From positions 160,001 through 224,000 of the forward strand of contig CAWEWF010000010.1 of the NCBI GenBank assembly GCA_963812605.1: a DNA stretch of 64,000 bases, in the 5' to 3' direction. The first letter of the stretch is position 1, and each line of letters begins with the position of its first letter. The stretch comes from an uncultured Verrucomicrobiae bacterium (GTDB lineage: Bacteria; Verrucomicrobiota; Verrucomicrobiia; Palsa-1439). The position numbers and the translations under genes were made by a program. Shown here in pieces: positions 47,921 through 57,524 of this stretch. The notes under the pieces were generated by a model. The model was not told the DNA's origin. It did not search any database and worked only from the letters and a program-made list of their open reading frames with translations.

Positions 47921-48628
47921 CTATGGGTGCCCGTAAGCAATCCACGATGGTAGCTGCGCTTCTCCTAGCCTCAACCTGGCCTCACCCAGGACACTACCAT
48001 CCAGCTCGCGGGCACCCGCCAATTCCCCCGCCTCCCCGCGCTCCCGGTAAATCCGATAGCTCTCCATCACATCGGTGACATAATCCCGCACGCTCGGAAA
48101 CGTAATCCCCCCCACAAACTCCCCCACCGTCACCTCACGCCCCCGCGGCAGCCACCGCACCACATTCGCCAACCCCGCATTATACTCCGCCAACCCCAAC
48201 GCCACCCGCAACTCCGCCCCCCGCTCCGGCCACCGCCCCATCGCCCGCCCCAGATACCACGTCCCCGCCTCCACATTCACCCGCGCATCCCACAACAAAC
48301 TCCGCCCATAATCCCGCCGCCCCACCGCCCGCGCCCACTGCGCCCCCGCCCCCTCCGTCACCTGCATCAACCCAATCTCCCCGCGGCTCCCATACACCCA
48401 CGGATCAAACTTACTCTCCCGCCGCACCACCGCCTTCACCAAACACGGATCCACCCCATACTTCCCCGCCACCTCCCCGATCAATTTATCAAACCGCCGC
48501 TCCCGATACTCCCACCGCCACCACACAAACCCCGCCGACCCCACCGCCCCCACCACCAAAACGAGGCTGACCCAATTCCCGATCCTCTCGAATCCCGACG
48601 ATTTCCTCTTTCTGCGTTTCCCCGACAT
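47921..48628 (-). CDS. Lytic transglycosylase (SLT domain) with an N-terminal TM
   Basis: AVVRRESKF, GEIGLMQV, NVEAGTWYL, AEYNAG, RDYV. Confidence 0.88.
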   Translation of the reverse strand: MSGKRRKRKSSGFERIGNWVSLVLVVGAVGSAGFVWWRWEYRERRFDKLIGEVAGKYGVDPCLVKAVVRRESKFDPWVYGSRGEIGLMQVTEGAGAQWARAVGRRDYGRSLLWDARVNVEAGTWYLGRAMGRWPERGAELRVALGLAEYNAGLANVVRWLPRGREVTVGEFVGGITFPSVRDYVTDVMESYRIYRERGEAGELAGARELDGSVLGEARLRLGEAQLPSWIAYGHP

Positions 48629-48699
48629 ATCCCACGACTATACCGCACCCCCTCTCAATTGGTCGCCCCTCAATTGTTATACCGCAGTGCCCAAAGGCT

Positions 48700-49040
48700 T
48701 TGGTGGCGCAAGCGTCCCTGCTTGCGGCTGTTTTCCTGTAGCAGCCCCCGCTTTCAACGTCATTGGTAGGGACGGCTCTCCGAGCCGTCCGTCCTCCCCG
48801 TAGAATGGGCGTCCCGCCCGTTCTCCTGCCGCCCGCCGTCACACGCCGCCTTCTCCAATCTTAAATCCCAAATCCTAAATCCAAAATTGCCCCGCCGTCC
48901 TCCCCGTTGAACAGGCGTCCCGCCTGTTGCCCCCACCCGTCCTCCTCGCCAACCCCGAACCGCGAACCGTGAACCGAGAACCCGCTTGCCGTCCCCTCCG
49001 CCAAAACCGCGAACCCCGAACCGCGAACCGTGAACCGCCC
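48700..49040. repeat. Composite spacer: REP-like palindromes plus 7-bp periodic repeats (AAATCCN, GAACCNN) and CCGCCAAAACC motif
   Basis: gtagggacggctctccgagccgtcc; aacaggcgtcccgcctgtt; aaatcccaaatcctaaatccaaaat; gaaccgcgaaccgtgaaccgagaacc. Confidence 0.8.
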
Positions 49041-49148
49041 GAACATGCGGACAAATCCACCTCATAAGCATGCTCTTAGTCTTAGGGCGTTGTGAACATT
49101 TGCCAGCGTCAGCTTGACACAGACGAATGAGAAACCTATATTTCAGTC

Positions 49149-49460
49149 ATGGGGCGCGCACTAGAACGGAATCGCAAGACCGCTGGAAAGCGACGAAAGC
49201 CGCATCTCCATCGCAAAATTTCATTTTCATCCGGATTTGGCGGTCGCAAAGATTTGGTGCTAAAACTTGACGACCACCTTACGCGAAATAAGGGCATCAC
49301 AATTCTGGTGGATGACGCCATGTTCCAGCGCACTCTGCAGCAACCGCCCGTCGCAGGCACTCGCAGCCGTTCCGTTTACCGGCAGGCCGCTAAAAAGGTC
49401 CTGGCCGGGCAGGATATAAAAGTAGTCCGCGCCTCAAAGCCGACCACTGTTCCTGCCTGA
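49149..49460 (+). CDS. Basic hypothetical protein
   Basis: ATG ORF ending 2 nt before the next gene; TTGACA upstream at ~49114. Confidence 0.45.
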   Translation: MGRALERNRKTAGKRRKPHLHRKISFSSGFGGRKDLVLKLDDHLTRNKGITILVDDAMFQRTLQQPPVAGTRSRSVYRQAAKKVLAGQDIKVVRASKPTTVPA

Positions 49461-49462
49461 GT

Positions 49463-50137
49463 ATGGCTGCCGGCAAATACGATAAGTGCGTATTTGTTAA
49501 TTGCCCGTTTGATGAACATTACACACCCATTTTTAATGCGATCATCTTTGCCATTTTCGACTGCGGCTTTGTGCCCCGCTGCGCTTTGGAAGAACAGGAC
49601 GCCGGTGAGGTTCGTGCCAGGAAACTGCAGCGAATTATCCAGGATTGCCGGCTCGGACTACATGACATTTCGCGAATAGAACTTGATCGCGGTACCCGGC
49701 TTCCTCGGTTCAACATGCCGTACGAACTCGGAGTTTTTCTCGGCGCAAAATGCTATGGCGCCGGTAAACAGGGACGCAAAATCTGCATGATCCTCGAGCG
49801 AAAACGCTTTAGTTATCAAAAATACATCTCGGATATTGCCGGCCAGGATATTAAAGCGCATGGCAACGACTCAAAAGAAGCAGTCGCCATCGTCAGGAAT
49901 TGGTTGAGTACGACACGGGGGAAGGGTGCGATTTCTGGTCCGAGCAAAATCTGGGACCGGTATTGTGCCTTCACAAAAAATCTTCCTCAAATGGCACGGT
50001 CCGCCGACCTCAGGATGAAAGAATTGACCTACGCGGACCGGGTTGAGTTTATTTCCGCTTGGTTACAAGGTGCAGTCAAACAGGCTCAAAAAGCTTCACG
50101 TGGAAAGAATACCCTACGCCCACGCCGTCGTCCCTGA
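49463..50137 (+). CDS. TIR / nucleoside-deoxyribosyltransferase-like fold protein
   Basis: VFVNCPFD, IIQDCRLGLHDISR, RFNMPYELG (catalytic-type Glu), SDIAG.DI..H. Confidence 0.6.
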   Translation: MAAGKYDKCVFVNCPFDEHYTPIFNAIIFAIFDCGFVPRCALEEQDAGEVRARKLQRIIQDCRLGLHDISRIELDRGTRLPRFNMPYELGVFLGAKCYGAGKQGRKICMILERKRFSYQKYISDIAGQDIKAHGNDSKEAVAIVRNWLSTTRGKGAISGPSKIWDRYCAFTKNLPQMARSADLRMKELTYADRVEFISAWLQGAVKQAQKASRGKNTLRPRRRP

Positions 50138-50312
50138 ACTGGCGAAATAGAGCCCGTCCTGAGCTTGACCGAAGGGACCGCTGCCCTCCCCGCCAAAACC
50201 GCCAACCCCGAACCCCGAACCTCCAACCCCGAACCGCCCCCAACAAACCGAAAAAAGAAGTGGAAAATTTATCGATTTACGATATAATGGGGTTAAACAG
50301 AGGACATGATCA

Positions 50313-51005
50313 ATGAGGAAATCGACCAGTCGGATTACGCGGTTGCCGGCGGAGGTGCGGGAGGAGATCAATCGGAAGTTGGACCAGGGATGGGCGTATC
50401 GGTCGATTCGGAAATGGTTGTTCGAGCAGGTGGCGGAGTGTGATGTGCCGGCGTTGGAGCTGGTGAAGGGGGATTCGCTTTCGTTGGCGTGGGTGCGGGC
50501 GGCGAAGAGCCCGGAGCACGCGTGGCATCATTGTGAATTGGCGTTGGGGAATTGGTTTCGGGTGCATCATCCGCAGTGGTTGCGGGAACAGGTGCAGCGG
50601 GATGATTCGATGCGGGTGGTGAGGCGGGCGGATTTGTTGACGAAAGAAGCCGCCCAGGTCGGCGGGATACGCCCGCCGGACGGGGCATCCCGCCCCACAA
50701 CGACTCTTGGGGCCCAGGCGATCGAGGGCGGGAATGTGATGATGCGGTCGGTATTGGTCGATGCGATCAGTACGATTCGGGGTGGGAGCAATCATCCGCG
50801 GGACATTGCGCAGTTGGCGAATGCGTGGGCGCGGCTGAACCAGACGAACGTGGAGGTGGAGAAGTTGCAGTTGAGGACGCAGGATGCGCATAACGTTGCG
50901 TTGGATGAGATCGGGAAGGACATTCGCGACATTCCTGAGGCGCGGGAGTTGTTCAGCAAGCTGCTCGCGGTGTTGAAGCGAGAGGAGGAGGTGCGGAAGA
51001 ACTGA
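50313..51005 (+). CDS. DUF3486 (Mu gp27)-like protein
   Basis: SRITRLPAEVREEINRKL...Y..I..WL N-terminus; GAGG SD; TATAAT upstream. Confidence 0.5.
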   Translation: MRKSTSRITRLPAEVREEINRKLDQGWAYRSIRKWLFEQVAECDVPALELVKGDSLSLAWVRAAKSPEHAWHHCELALGNWFRVHHPQWLREQVQRDDSMRVVRRADLLTKEAAQVGGIRPPDGASRPTTTLGAQAIEGGNVMMRSVLVDAISTIRGGSNHPRDIAQLANAWARLNQTNVEVEKLQLRTQDAHNVALDEIGKDIRDIPEARELFSKLLAVLKREEEVRKN

Positions 51006-51068
51006 TTTTTGATTTTAGATTGGCTATCGCCTGCCGGAGGAAAGATTGCGTGGTATGGCCGCGCCTGG

Positions 51069-51128
51069 TGTAGCCGCGCATCTGTGAGGCGCGTTTGCTC
51101 AGCAGCGGCTCACAGAGCCGTGGCTAAA
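51069..51128. repeat. GTAG-family REP doublet
   Basis: tgtagccgcgcatctgtgag...ctcacagagccgtggcta. Confidence 0.6.
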
Positions 51129-51286
51129 GCCCCGGAAGGAAACCCCGCATGAGGACCGTCCCCGCAGCTTGGTCAGCTTTGGAAACCGCGCGCGAGCGGC
51201 AGGTGAAATAATTCGTTGACGGGAGCGCGAAAAACCCACAATAATGACGCTGTTGTTTTGGACCTGTTTGTGCTAATTTTGCTTGT

Positions 51287-51883
51287 ATGAGTTCGCCTTT
51301 GACCCATCGTAAAGCCACCCAGGCTCTGAATTTTATGGCCCGACAATCTGGTGGCCGTATTAGTCGGTTAAAAGCGCTAAAGCTACTTTTCTTTGCTGAC
51401 CGATACCATCTGCGTAAATATGGACGGACGGTTAGCGGATGTACCTATTATGCAATGACTCATGGCCCAGTGGCGTCCGAAGCGAAGAGCATTGCAGAAG
51501 ACGATGACCGTTTGCCTTCACCCGCGCGAACCTACGGCCGGCGATTTCTCCGCAAGCGCGATTTCGATTATGCCTCGGTTGTCAACGTGGATAAATCTGT
51601 CCTGTCAGTCAGCGACCTCGAGGCGTTGGACTTTTCCTGGAAGAATTTCGGGCGATTTAACAAGTATCAACTTCGTGATATCACGCACCACTACCCCGAG
51701 TGGAAGCGCCACGAAGGTGCATTGGGGCATCCGACAAAACGCCGCGTGCCAATGGATTGTGCTGACTTTTTCGATGAGCCCGACGCGGGCTATATTCCCT
51801 GCCACGCTCTCAGCGAAGAAGAACGCAAAGCTGCGCGAGAATTGTTCCTTCAACGTCAGGCCTTCGACAAACGCTGGAGCTGA
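51287..51883 (+). CDS. Panacea (DUF4065/SocA) domain antitoxin
   Basis: KALKLLFFADRYHLRKYGR.V....YYAM.HGPV, LRDITHHYPEW. Confidence 0.85.
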   Translation: MSSPLTHRKATQALNFMARQSGGRISRLKALKLLFFADRYHLRKYGRTVSGCTYYAMTHGPVASEAKSIAEDDDRLPSPARTYGRRFLRKRDFDYASVVNVDKSVLSVSDLEALDFSWKNFGRFNKYQLRDITHHYPEWKRHEGALGHPTKRRVPMDCADFFDEPDAGYIPCHALSEEERKAARELFLQRQAFDKRWS

Positions 51884-51886
51884 TCC

Positions 51887-52327
51887 TTGGCAGGTGCCGG
51901 CATCGATGTCAAACTCCGGCTGAGTCTCCGCGAAGGAAGTATCTATTATTTTACAGATCGCTCACTCACCTCGACGGAGCCGCACTACTTCATCGTCATC
52001 AATTCGGCCCCGCTCACCCAGTGCGTGCTCCTGCTCTGCGTAGTGACCTCCCAGGTCGCGAACGTAAAACTCCGGCGCAAGACCTGCCCAGAGACTCTCG
52101 TCGAGCTCTCGCCGACCCTGTTTGATGTCCTGAACAAATCATCCATTGTAGATTGTAACGACTTGAAGCAGGTCTCTCTGATCGAGTTCAACACCCGATT
52201 CGTGCGCAAGGAAATCCGCTATTTCGACAAGGACTTGCCCGCTGCATTGCGCAGAGCGCTTCGCAAGGCCATCCACGCCAGCAACATTGTCTCGCCGGAG
52301 CTGAAGGCTCTTGTTAATAGGCCATAA
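51887..52327 (+). CDS. Putative toxin, PemK/MazF-like fold
   Basis: GSIYYF....EPHYFIVIN..LLCVVTS..SIVDCN; directly downstream of the Panacea gene. Confidence 0.55.
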   Translation: MAGAGIDVKLRLSLREGSIYYFTDRSLTSTEPHYFIVINSAPLTQCVLLLCVVTSQVANVKLRRKTCPETLVELSPTLFDVLNKSSIVDCNDLKQVSLIEFNTRFVRKEIRYFDKDLPAALRRALRKAIHASNIVSPELKALVNRP

Positions 52328-52401
52328 TCGGGGCGGCCCCGATAAACACTCTACCACGGCAAGCTTGTCGAAGAGGCGCCGACTGACTACACTGCGCGCA
52401 A

Positions 52402-53988
52402 ATGCCGACGCTGAATTGGATCGGGAAAGAGGCGGTGGTGAACCACCACCTCAAGGTGCCCTTCCATCTCCTCAAGGACGTGCCCGATCTCTCCGTTGGC
52501 GATCCGGGCAGTGGCAATCTCATTGTGCAGGGGGACAATCTCGTCGCGCTCAAGGCGCTGCTGCCGTACTACGCCGGGCAGGTCAAGTGCATCTATATCG
52601 ATCCGCCGTACAATACCGGCAACGAAGGCTGGGTTTACAACGATAACGTCAATAGCCCTCTCATTCAACAATGGCTCAATAAAACCGTCGGAGACGAAGC
52701 CTCCGACCTCTCCCGCCACGACAAATGGCTCTGCATGATGTATCCAAGATTACAGTTGCTTTGGAAGTTTCTAAGGAATGACGGTTCAATTTGGATTTCG
52801 ATGGATGACTCGGAGATCTCCAACCTGCGCTTTCTTTGTGAAGAGATTTTCGGTCGCGACAAATTCGTTGCCAGCAATGTCTGGCAGAAGCGGTACTCGC
52901 GCGAAAACCGTGAAGCGATTGGCGACGTTCACGAGTACGCGCTTGTCTATGCAAAGAATCCGGAGTTATTCAAGGTAGCGCGCAATCGCGTACCGATAGA
53001 CGAAGCACAAGCCAAGATTTACAAAAATCCCAAAAACGATCCTCAGGGGCGGTGGCGTGGCATTCCCATGACCGCGCAAGGTTGGCGGCCTAATCAGATG
53101 TATGAGATCATCTCGCCCGCAGGTATCAAACACGAGCCACCAGAAGGTCGTTGTTGGAGCATGGTTGAAAGTGAGTTCAAGAAACTCCTAGCCGACGGAC
53201 GAATCTACTTTGGCAAGGACGGCAAATCGCAGCCGAGCGTCATTCGCTACCTTTCGGAAGTTGATGGCTTCGTCCCGTGGACTTGGTGGCCGCATGACGA
53301 AGTAGGCCACACCGATGAGTCACGCAAAGAGATTCAAACAATACTGGGCACGCAGACAGCATTCGAAACACCGAAACCTGTTCGTCTTCTTGAGCGAGTC
53401 CTTCAAATCGCCACCAATCCCGGTGACTTGGTTCTCGATTCGTTTGCAGGCTCGGGCACGACCGGTCATGCGGTATTGAAGCTCAACAAAGAAGTCGCAG
53501 CAGACCGTCGCTTCATCCTCGTGGAGATTGAAGCGAAAATTGCACGTGAAGTTACAGCCGAACGCGTCCGCCGTGTCATCAAAGGTTACGGTGAGACGCC
53601 GGGCCTGGGCGGCGGGTTCCGGTACTGCGAGCTTGGCGAGCCGGTTTTCGACGCGCAACGGAAGATCAACCCGAAGGTGCGGTTTGGAGATCTGGCGCGG
53701 CATGTCTATTTCGTGGAAACCGGCGAGCCCTTGCCAAACGGCAAGCCAGCAAAATCGGCGTTGTTGCACATCTGTCGCGGCATTGGGATTTATTTGCTCT
53801 TCAATGGCATCCTCGGCGATAAGAAGGTTGACGGCGGCAACATACTGACGCGCCCGGTGCTGGCGAAACTCCCGAAATATGACGGACCAAAAGTGATTTA
53901 TGCGGCAGGTTGCCGGCTTGGTGAGGCGAGCTTGCGGGCCGAGGGAATCACGTTTCGCCAGACGCCGTACGAGATCAAAATGTCATGA
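52402..53988 (+). CDS. Type III R-M methyltransferase (Mod)
   Basis: MPTLNWIGK, QGDNL.ALKAL, YIDPPYNTG, TPKP, LDSFAGSGTTGHAV. Confidence 0.92.
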   Translation: MPTLNWIGKEAVVNHHLKVPFHLLKDVPDLSVGDPGSGNLIVQGDNLVALKALLPYYAGQVKCIYIDPPYNTGNEGWVYNDNVNSPLIQQWLNKTVGDEASDLSRHDKWLCMMYPRLQLLWKFLRNDGSIWISMDDSEISNLRFLCEEIFGRDKFVASNVWQKRYSRENREAIGDVHEYALVYAKNPELFKVARNRVPIDEAQAKIYKNPKNDPQGRWRGIPMTAQGWRPNQMYEIISPAGIKHEPPEGRCWSMVESEFKKLLADGRIYFGKDGKSQPSVIRYLSEVDGFVPWTWWPHDEVGHTDESRKEIQTILGTQTAFETPKPVRLLERVLQIATNPGDLVLDSFAGSGTTGHAVLKLNKEVAADRRFILVEIEAKIAREVTAERVRRVIKGYGETPGLGGGFRYCELGEPVFDAQRKINPKVRFGDLARHVYFVETGEPLPNGKPAKSALLHICRGIGIYLLFNGILGDKKVDGGNILTRPVLAKLPKYDGPKVIYAAGCRLGEASLRAEGITFRQTPYEIKMS

Positions 53989-54567
53989 GGCCGAAGAAAA
54001 CAGTCGAGACGCTGATTCTGACGGTGCGCGGACACAAGGTCATTCTGGATGCCGATTTGGCGGAGTTGTACGGTGTGGCGACGAAGCGTTTCAATGAAGC
54101 GTTCAAACGCAATCGGCAGCGATTTCCCGATGATTTCGCATTTCAATTAACGGCAAAAGAGTTTGAGACATTGCGCACACCGAACTCATCGCAGATCGCG
54201 ATAAGTTCCGGCGACGAACGGGCCCAACCGAACTGGCCGCAATTTGCGACCAGTTCCCGCAAGCACCGCGGCGCGGCCTATCGTCCATGGGCCTTCACCG
54301 AACACGGCGCGCTTCAAGCGGCGAACATTCTTCGGAGCCAGCGGGCGGTGGAAATGAGCCTGTATGTCATCCGCGCGTTTGTGAAAATGCGGGAAGAACT
54401 GGCGGTGAACCGGGAGATTCTCAAGCGATTGACGGAAATCGACAAGACGCTGCTGCAGCATGATTCCGCCTTGCGGGACGTTGTACCGGAAGCTGTTGCC
54501 GCTTCTCGAACCGCCGCCAGTTCCTCCGCAGCGGCGCATCGGTTTCAAACAGGATGACGCATCATGA
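53985..54567 (+). CDS. ORF6N (KilA-N-related) DNA-binding protein, frameshift at ~54481
   Basis: RGHKVILDADLAELYGV, KRN..RFPDDFAFQLT, PWAFTEHG, IRAFVKMRE; the alternative frame gives the typical ending PPQRRIGF, overlapping the res ATG. Confidence 0.88.
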
Positions 54568-57524
54568 ACGTCTCGCTCAAACCCTACCAACAACGCGTCC
54601 TCGATTCGTTGCGCGATTTCTTGCGTGAGTGCGTCCGCACGAAGAATCCGAGCGGCGCGTTTGCGACAGTCACGCAGCGGCTTTTCGGGACCGCCCAACC
54701 CTACTTCCCGGTTCAAATACCAGAACTGAGCGGCTTGCCATATGTTTGCTTGCGGGTGCCAACGGGCGGCGGCAAGACGCTCCTGGCATGCCACGCCGCC
54801 GGTATCGCGCAAAGTGATTTCGTCCAAGCCGACCGGTCAGTTGTGCTATGGCTCGTGCCCAGTAACACCATCCTGGACCAAACGGCTCGGGCGCTGTCAG
54901 ACAACCGGCATCCCTACCGGCGCGCCCTGGAAATGGGCGTTGGCGGGACCGTCGAAGTACTGGCGATTGACGAGGCCCTGCGTATGTCCCGCGCGACGGT
55001 GGACGGCCAGACCGTCGTCATCGTGGCGACAATCCAGAGTTTCCGGGTCGAGGACACAACCGGACGCAAGGTGTACGAAGATAACGGGTATTTGCAGGCG
55101 CACTTTGACGGCTGGCCGGAGCATCTACTAGCCGGTCTTGAACGCGGCCCCGACGGCAAACCGGTGCGCTCATTGGTCAATGCGCTGCGCTTGCGCCGTC
55201 CCATCGTAATTGTGGACGAAGCGCATAACGCGCGGACGGAACTTTCGTTTGCGACGCTCGGCAAAGTCCTGCCGTCTTGCATTATTGAATTCACGGCGAC
55301 GCCCGCATTGGAACACAAGCCGTCGGTGGGGCGGTTCCCGTCCAATGTGCTCCACCGCACATCAGCAGCGGAATTAAAAGCGGCGGCGATGATCAAGTTG
55401 CCGTTGCGCGTCATCAACCGTGCTTCCAGCCAGAAGGAGGAGTTGCTGGCGGAAGCGGTGATATTACGGAGCGATCTCGAGAAAGTCGCGCTTACCGAGG
55501 GCCAGGCGACCGGCGAGTACATCCGTCCCATTTTGTTGATCCAAGCGGAACGCATTAGCGACACCGAGCCGTTGCGCGACCGAATGGTGAAGGAGTTGCG
55601 GTTGAGCGCGGATGAGATCAAGATTTCCACCGGCAGTCTTGACGAATTGAAGGACATCAAGGACATCGCCGCGCCGAACTGTCCGGTTCGCCACATCATC
55701 ACCGTGCAGAAGCTCGCGGAGGGCTGGGATTGTCCATTTGCCTATGCGCTGTGCACCTTGAAGGAGACACGGTCGGCCACAGCGATCGAGCAAATCGTGG
55801 GACGCGTGCTGCGGCTGCCGAATGTCGAGTTCAAGCGGCATGCCGAGTTGAATTGCGCGTATATTTTTTCGTGCTCGGATTCCCTGCCAACCGTGTTGGG
55901 CGAATTTCAGCACGCCCTGGAATTGAATGGTTTCACACCAGCGGAGGCGGAGCAGATTATCATTCCGGCGTCTTCGCCGAATCTGCCCCTTGGTGTCCAA
56001 CCGAGATCAGTGACCGTCGATCCGTCGAAGGATTTTGACACGACGCTTGTGAAAGCAAATGCGCCTGAGTTGATCGGCAAGGTAGCATTCGATACCGAGA
56101 CTGGGACGATCCGGGTGCTGGCGCCCCTGACGGACGACGAAGAAAAAGCGTTGTACGCTTGCTTGCGAACCGATGAGGCCCGTAAGAAAGCTGCCTCGGT
56201 TGTGCGCGAGGTCGCGAAAGCAGCGGAGACATTCGGCGCAAGCAAACCAAAAGCGGCGACCGGTTATGAGAAGCAGGTAAGTTTTATCGTTCCCCTGCTC
56301 GCTCTCCGGCAGAACGATCTGCTTTGGGAGTTTGACAAGACGGACCTGCTGGAACGGGAGTGGAAGCTTTCCGAGAAAGACGCAACCATCAGCGAAACCC
56401 TGTATTCAAGCAAGCGGCCCACGGGCGATCTGGCGGAAATCGACGTGGAGGCCACTGGCAGGGTTAAAGTGCAGCAGGTCCACGAAGCCCGACCCGAAGA
56501 TTTCGTTGGTAAATTACATCAACAGGTTTGGGCCATCGCGAGCGAGCAGAACTGGACAGCCGAAGACCTGATTCAATGGCTGGACCAGCACGTCGAGCAC
56601 CGCGACATTCCCGCCAACGAATCGGCGGAGTTTCTCCGCAAGGTAATACAGGGGTTATTGAGCAGCCGGGGTTTTGCGGACATTGGCGCGCTCGTATTGG
56701 ATCGGCACCGGTTGCGCGATGCCGTCGCGCATAAAATTGACGAGCACCGTCGGACGGAACACACCCAGGCATTCCACGACCTACTTTCGTCCGCGTCGGG
56801 CCTGGTGGTGTCGCCTGAGAAAGCAGTTGATTTCTCAAAAATCATCTACGACCCAAGTTGGTGGTACGACGGTGCGTTTCAATTCCAAAAGCATTACTTC
56901 GGCAAAGTTGGTGAGTTGAAATCGGGTGGTGAAGAGTATGAGTGCGCGATGTTCCTCGACGGCTTGGACGACGTGAAGTACTGGGTCAGGAATCTGGCCA
57001 AGCGCCCCACGGCATTTTCTCTGCAAACTTCCACGGATCGCTTTTACCCAGACTTTGTTTGCTTGCTGAAAGACGGGCGGGTATTGGTCGTGGAGTACAA
57101 GGGCAAGGATCGCTGGGATGGCATCGACGCGACAGAGAAACGCGCGATTGGCGCGGTTTGGGAGGGGCGAAGCCGAGGTAAGTGCCTCTTTTTAATGCCT
57201 GAGGGCAAAGACTTTCAAAGCATATCGAAGAAAATAGCGGGGCAAAGCGCGGTGGATTCGGCTGCAAAAGAGGCTACATTAGATACAAGAAGTATGCCCG
57301 GCATTGGCAAAAACATTGAGGTTTGTGGCGGCGTGGCCAGAATCGCTGGAACTCGGATTCCGGTTTGGGTCTTGGTGCAGGCGCGACGACTGCACATGGA
57401 CGATGCGGAGATTCTCAGGAATTATCCGAGTCTTAGCGCCAAAGAATTGGAGCAAGCCTGGGAATACGCTGAAACACATCAGGCCGAGATTGATGAGGAT
57501 GTCCGATCCAACGAGAACGCCTGA
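54564..57524 (+). CDS. Type III restriction helicase-nuclease (Res) with an in-frame C-terminal DUF433 domain
   Basis: PTGGGKT, VDEAH, TATP, EGWDCP, QIVGRVLR, FYPDF...VEYKG; then VCGGVARIAGTRIPVWVL..NYPSL....AWEYA. Confidence 0.88.
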   Translation: MNVSLKPYQQRVLDSLRDFLRECVRTKNPSGAFATVTQRLFGTAQPYFPVQIPELSGLPYVCLRVPTGGGKTLLACHAAGIAQSDFVQADRSVVLWLVPSNTILDQTARALSDNRHPYRRALEMGVGGTVEVLAIDEALRMSRATVDGQTVVIVATIQSFRVEDTTGRKVYEDNGYLQAHFDGWPEHLLAGLERGPDGKPVRSLVNALRLRRPIVIVDEAHNARTELSFATLGKVLPSCIIEFTATPALEHKPSVGRFPSNVLHRTSAAELKAAAMIKLPLRVINRASSQKEELLAEAVILRSDLEKVALTEGQATGEYIRPILLIQAERISDTEPLRDRMVKELRLSADEIKISTGSLDELKDIKDIAAPNCPVRHIITVQKLAEGWDCPFAYALCTLKETRSATAIEQIVGRVLRLPNVEFKRHAELNCAYIFSCSDSLPTVLGEFQHALELNGFTPAEAEQIIIPASSPNLPLGVQPRSVTVDPSKDFDTTLVKANAPELIGKVAFDTETGTIRVLAPLTDDEEKALYACLRTDEARKKAASVVREVAKAAETFGASKPKAATGYEKQVSFIVPLLALRQNDLLWEFDKTDLLEREWKLSEKDATISETLYSSKRPTGDLAEIDVEATGRVKVQQVHEARPEDFVGKLHQQVWAIASEQNWTAEDLIQWLDQHVEHRDIPANESAEFLRKVIQGLLSSRGFADIGALVLDRHRLRDAVAHKIDEHRRTEHTQAFHDLLSSASGLVVSPEKAVDFSKIIYDPSWWYDGAFQFQKHYFGKVGELKSGGEEYECAMFLDGLDDVKYWVRNLAKRPTAFSLQTSTDRFYPDFVCLLKDGRVLVVEYKGKDRWDGIDATEKRAIGAVWEGRSRGKCLFLMPEGKDFQSISKKIAGQSAVDSAAKEATLDTRSMPGIGKNIEVCGGVARIAGTRIPVWVLVQARRLHMDDAEILRNYPSLSAKELEQAWEYAETHQAEIDEDVRSNENA

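Noticed and set aside
48850-49040. Small ORFs with REPRT/GSRF/NPKSKI-type translations, also at 50059-50371, 57911-58220, 59124-59433 and the 60693-61016 priA extension
   Set aside because: They are translations of non-coding 7-bp periodic repeats, not proteins.
50313-54567. Prophage (DUF3486-like and ORF6N genes)
   Set aside because: No terminase, capsid, tail, integrase or transposase genes nearby.
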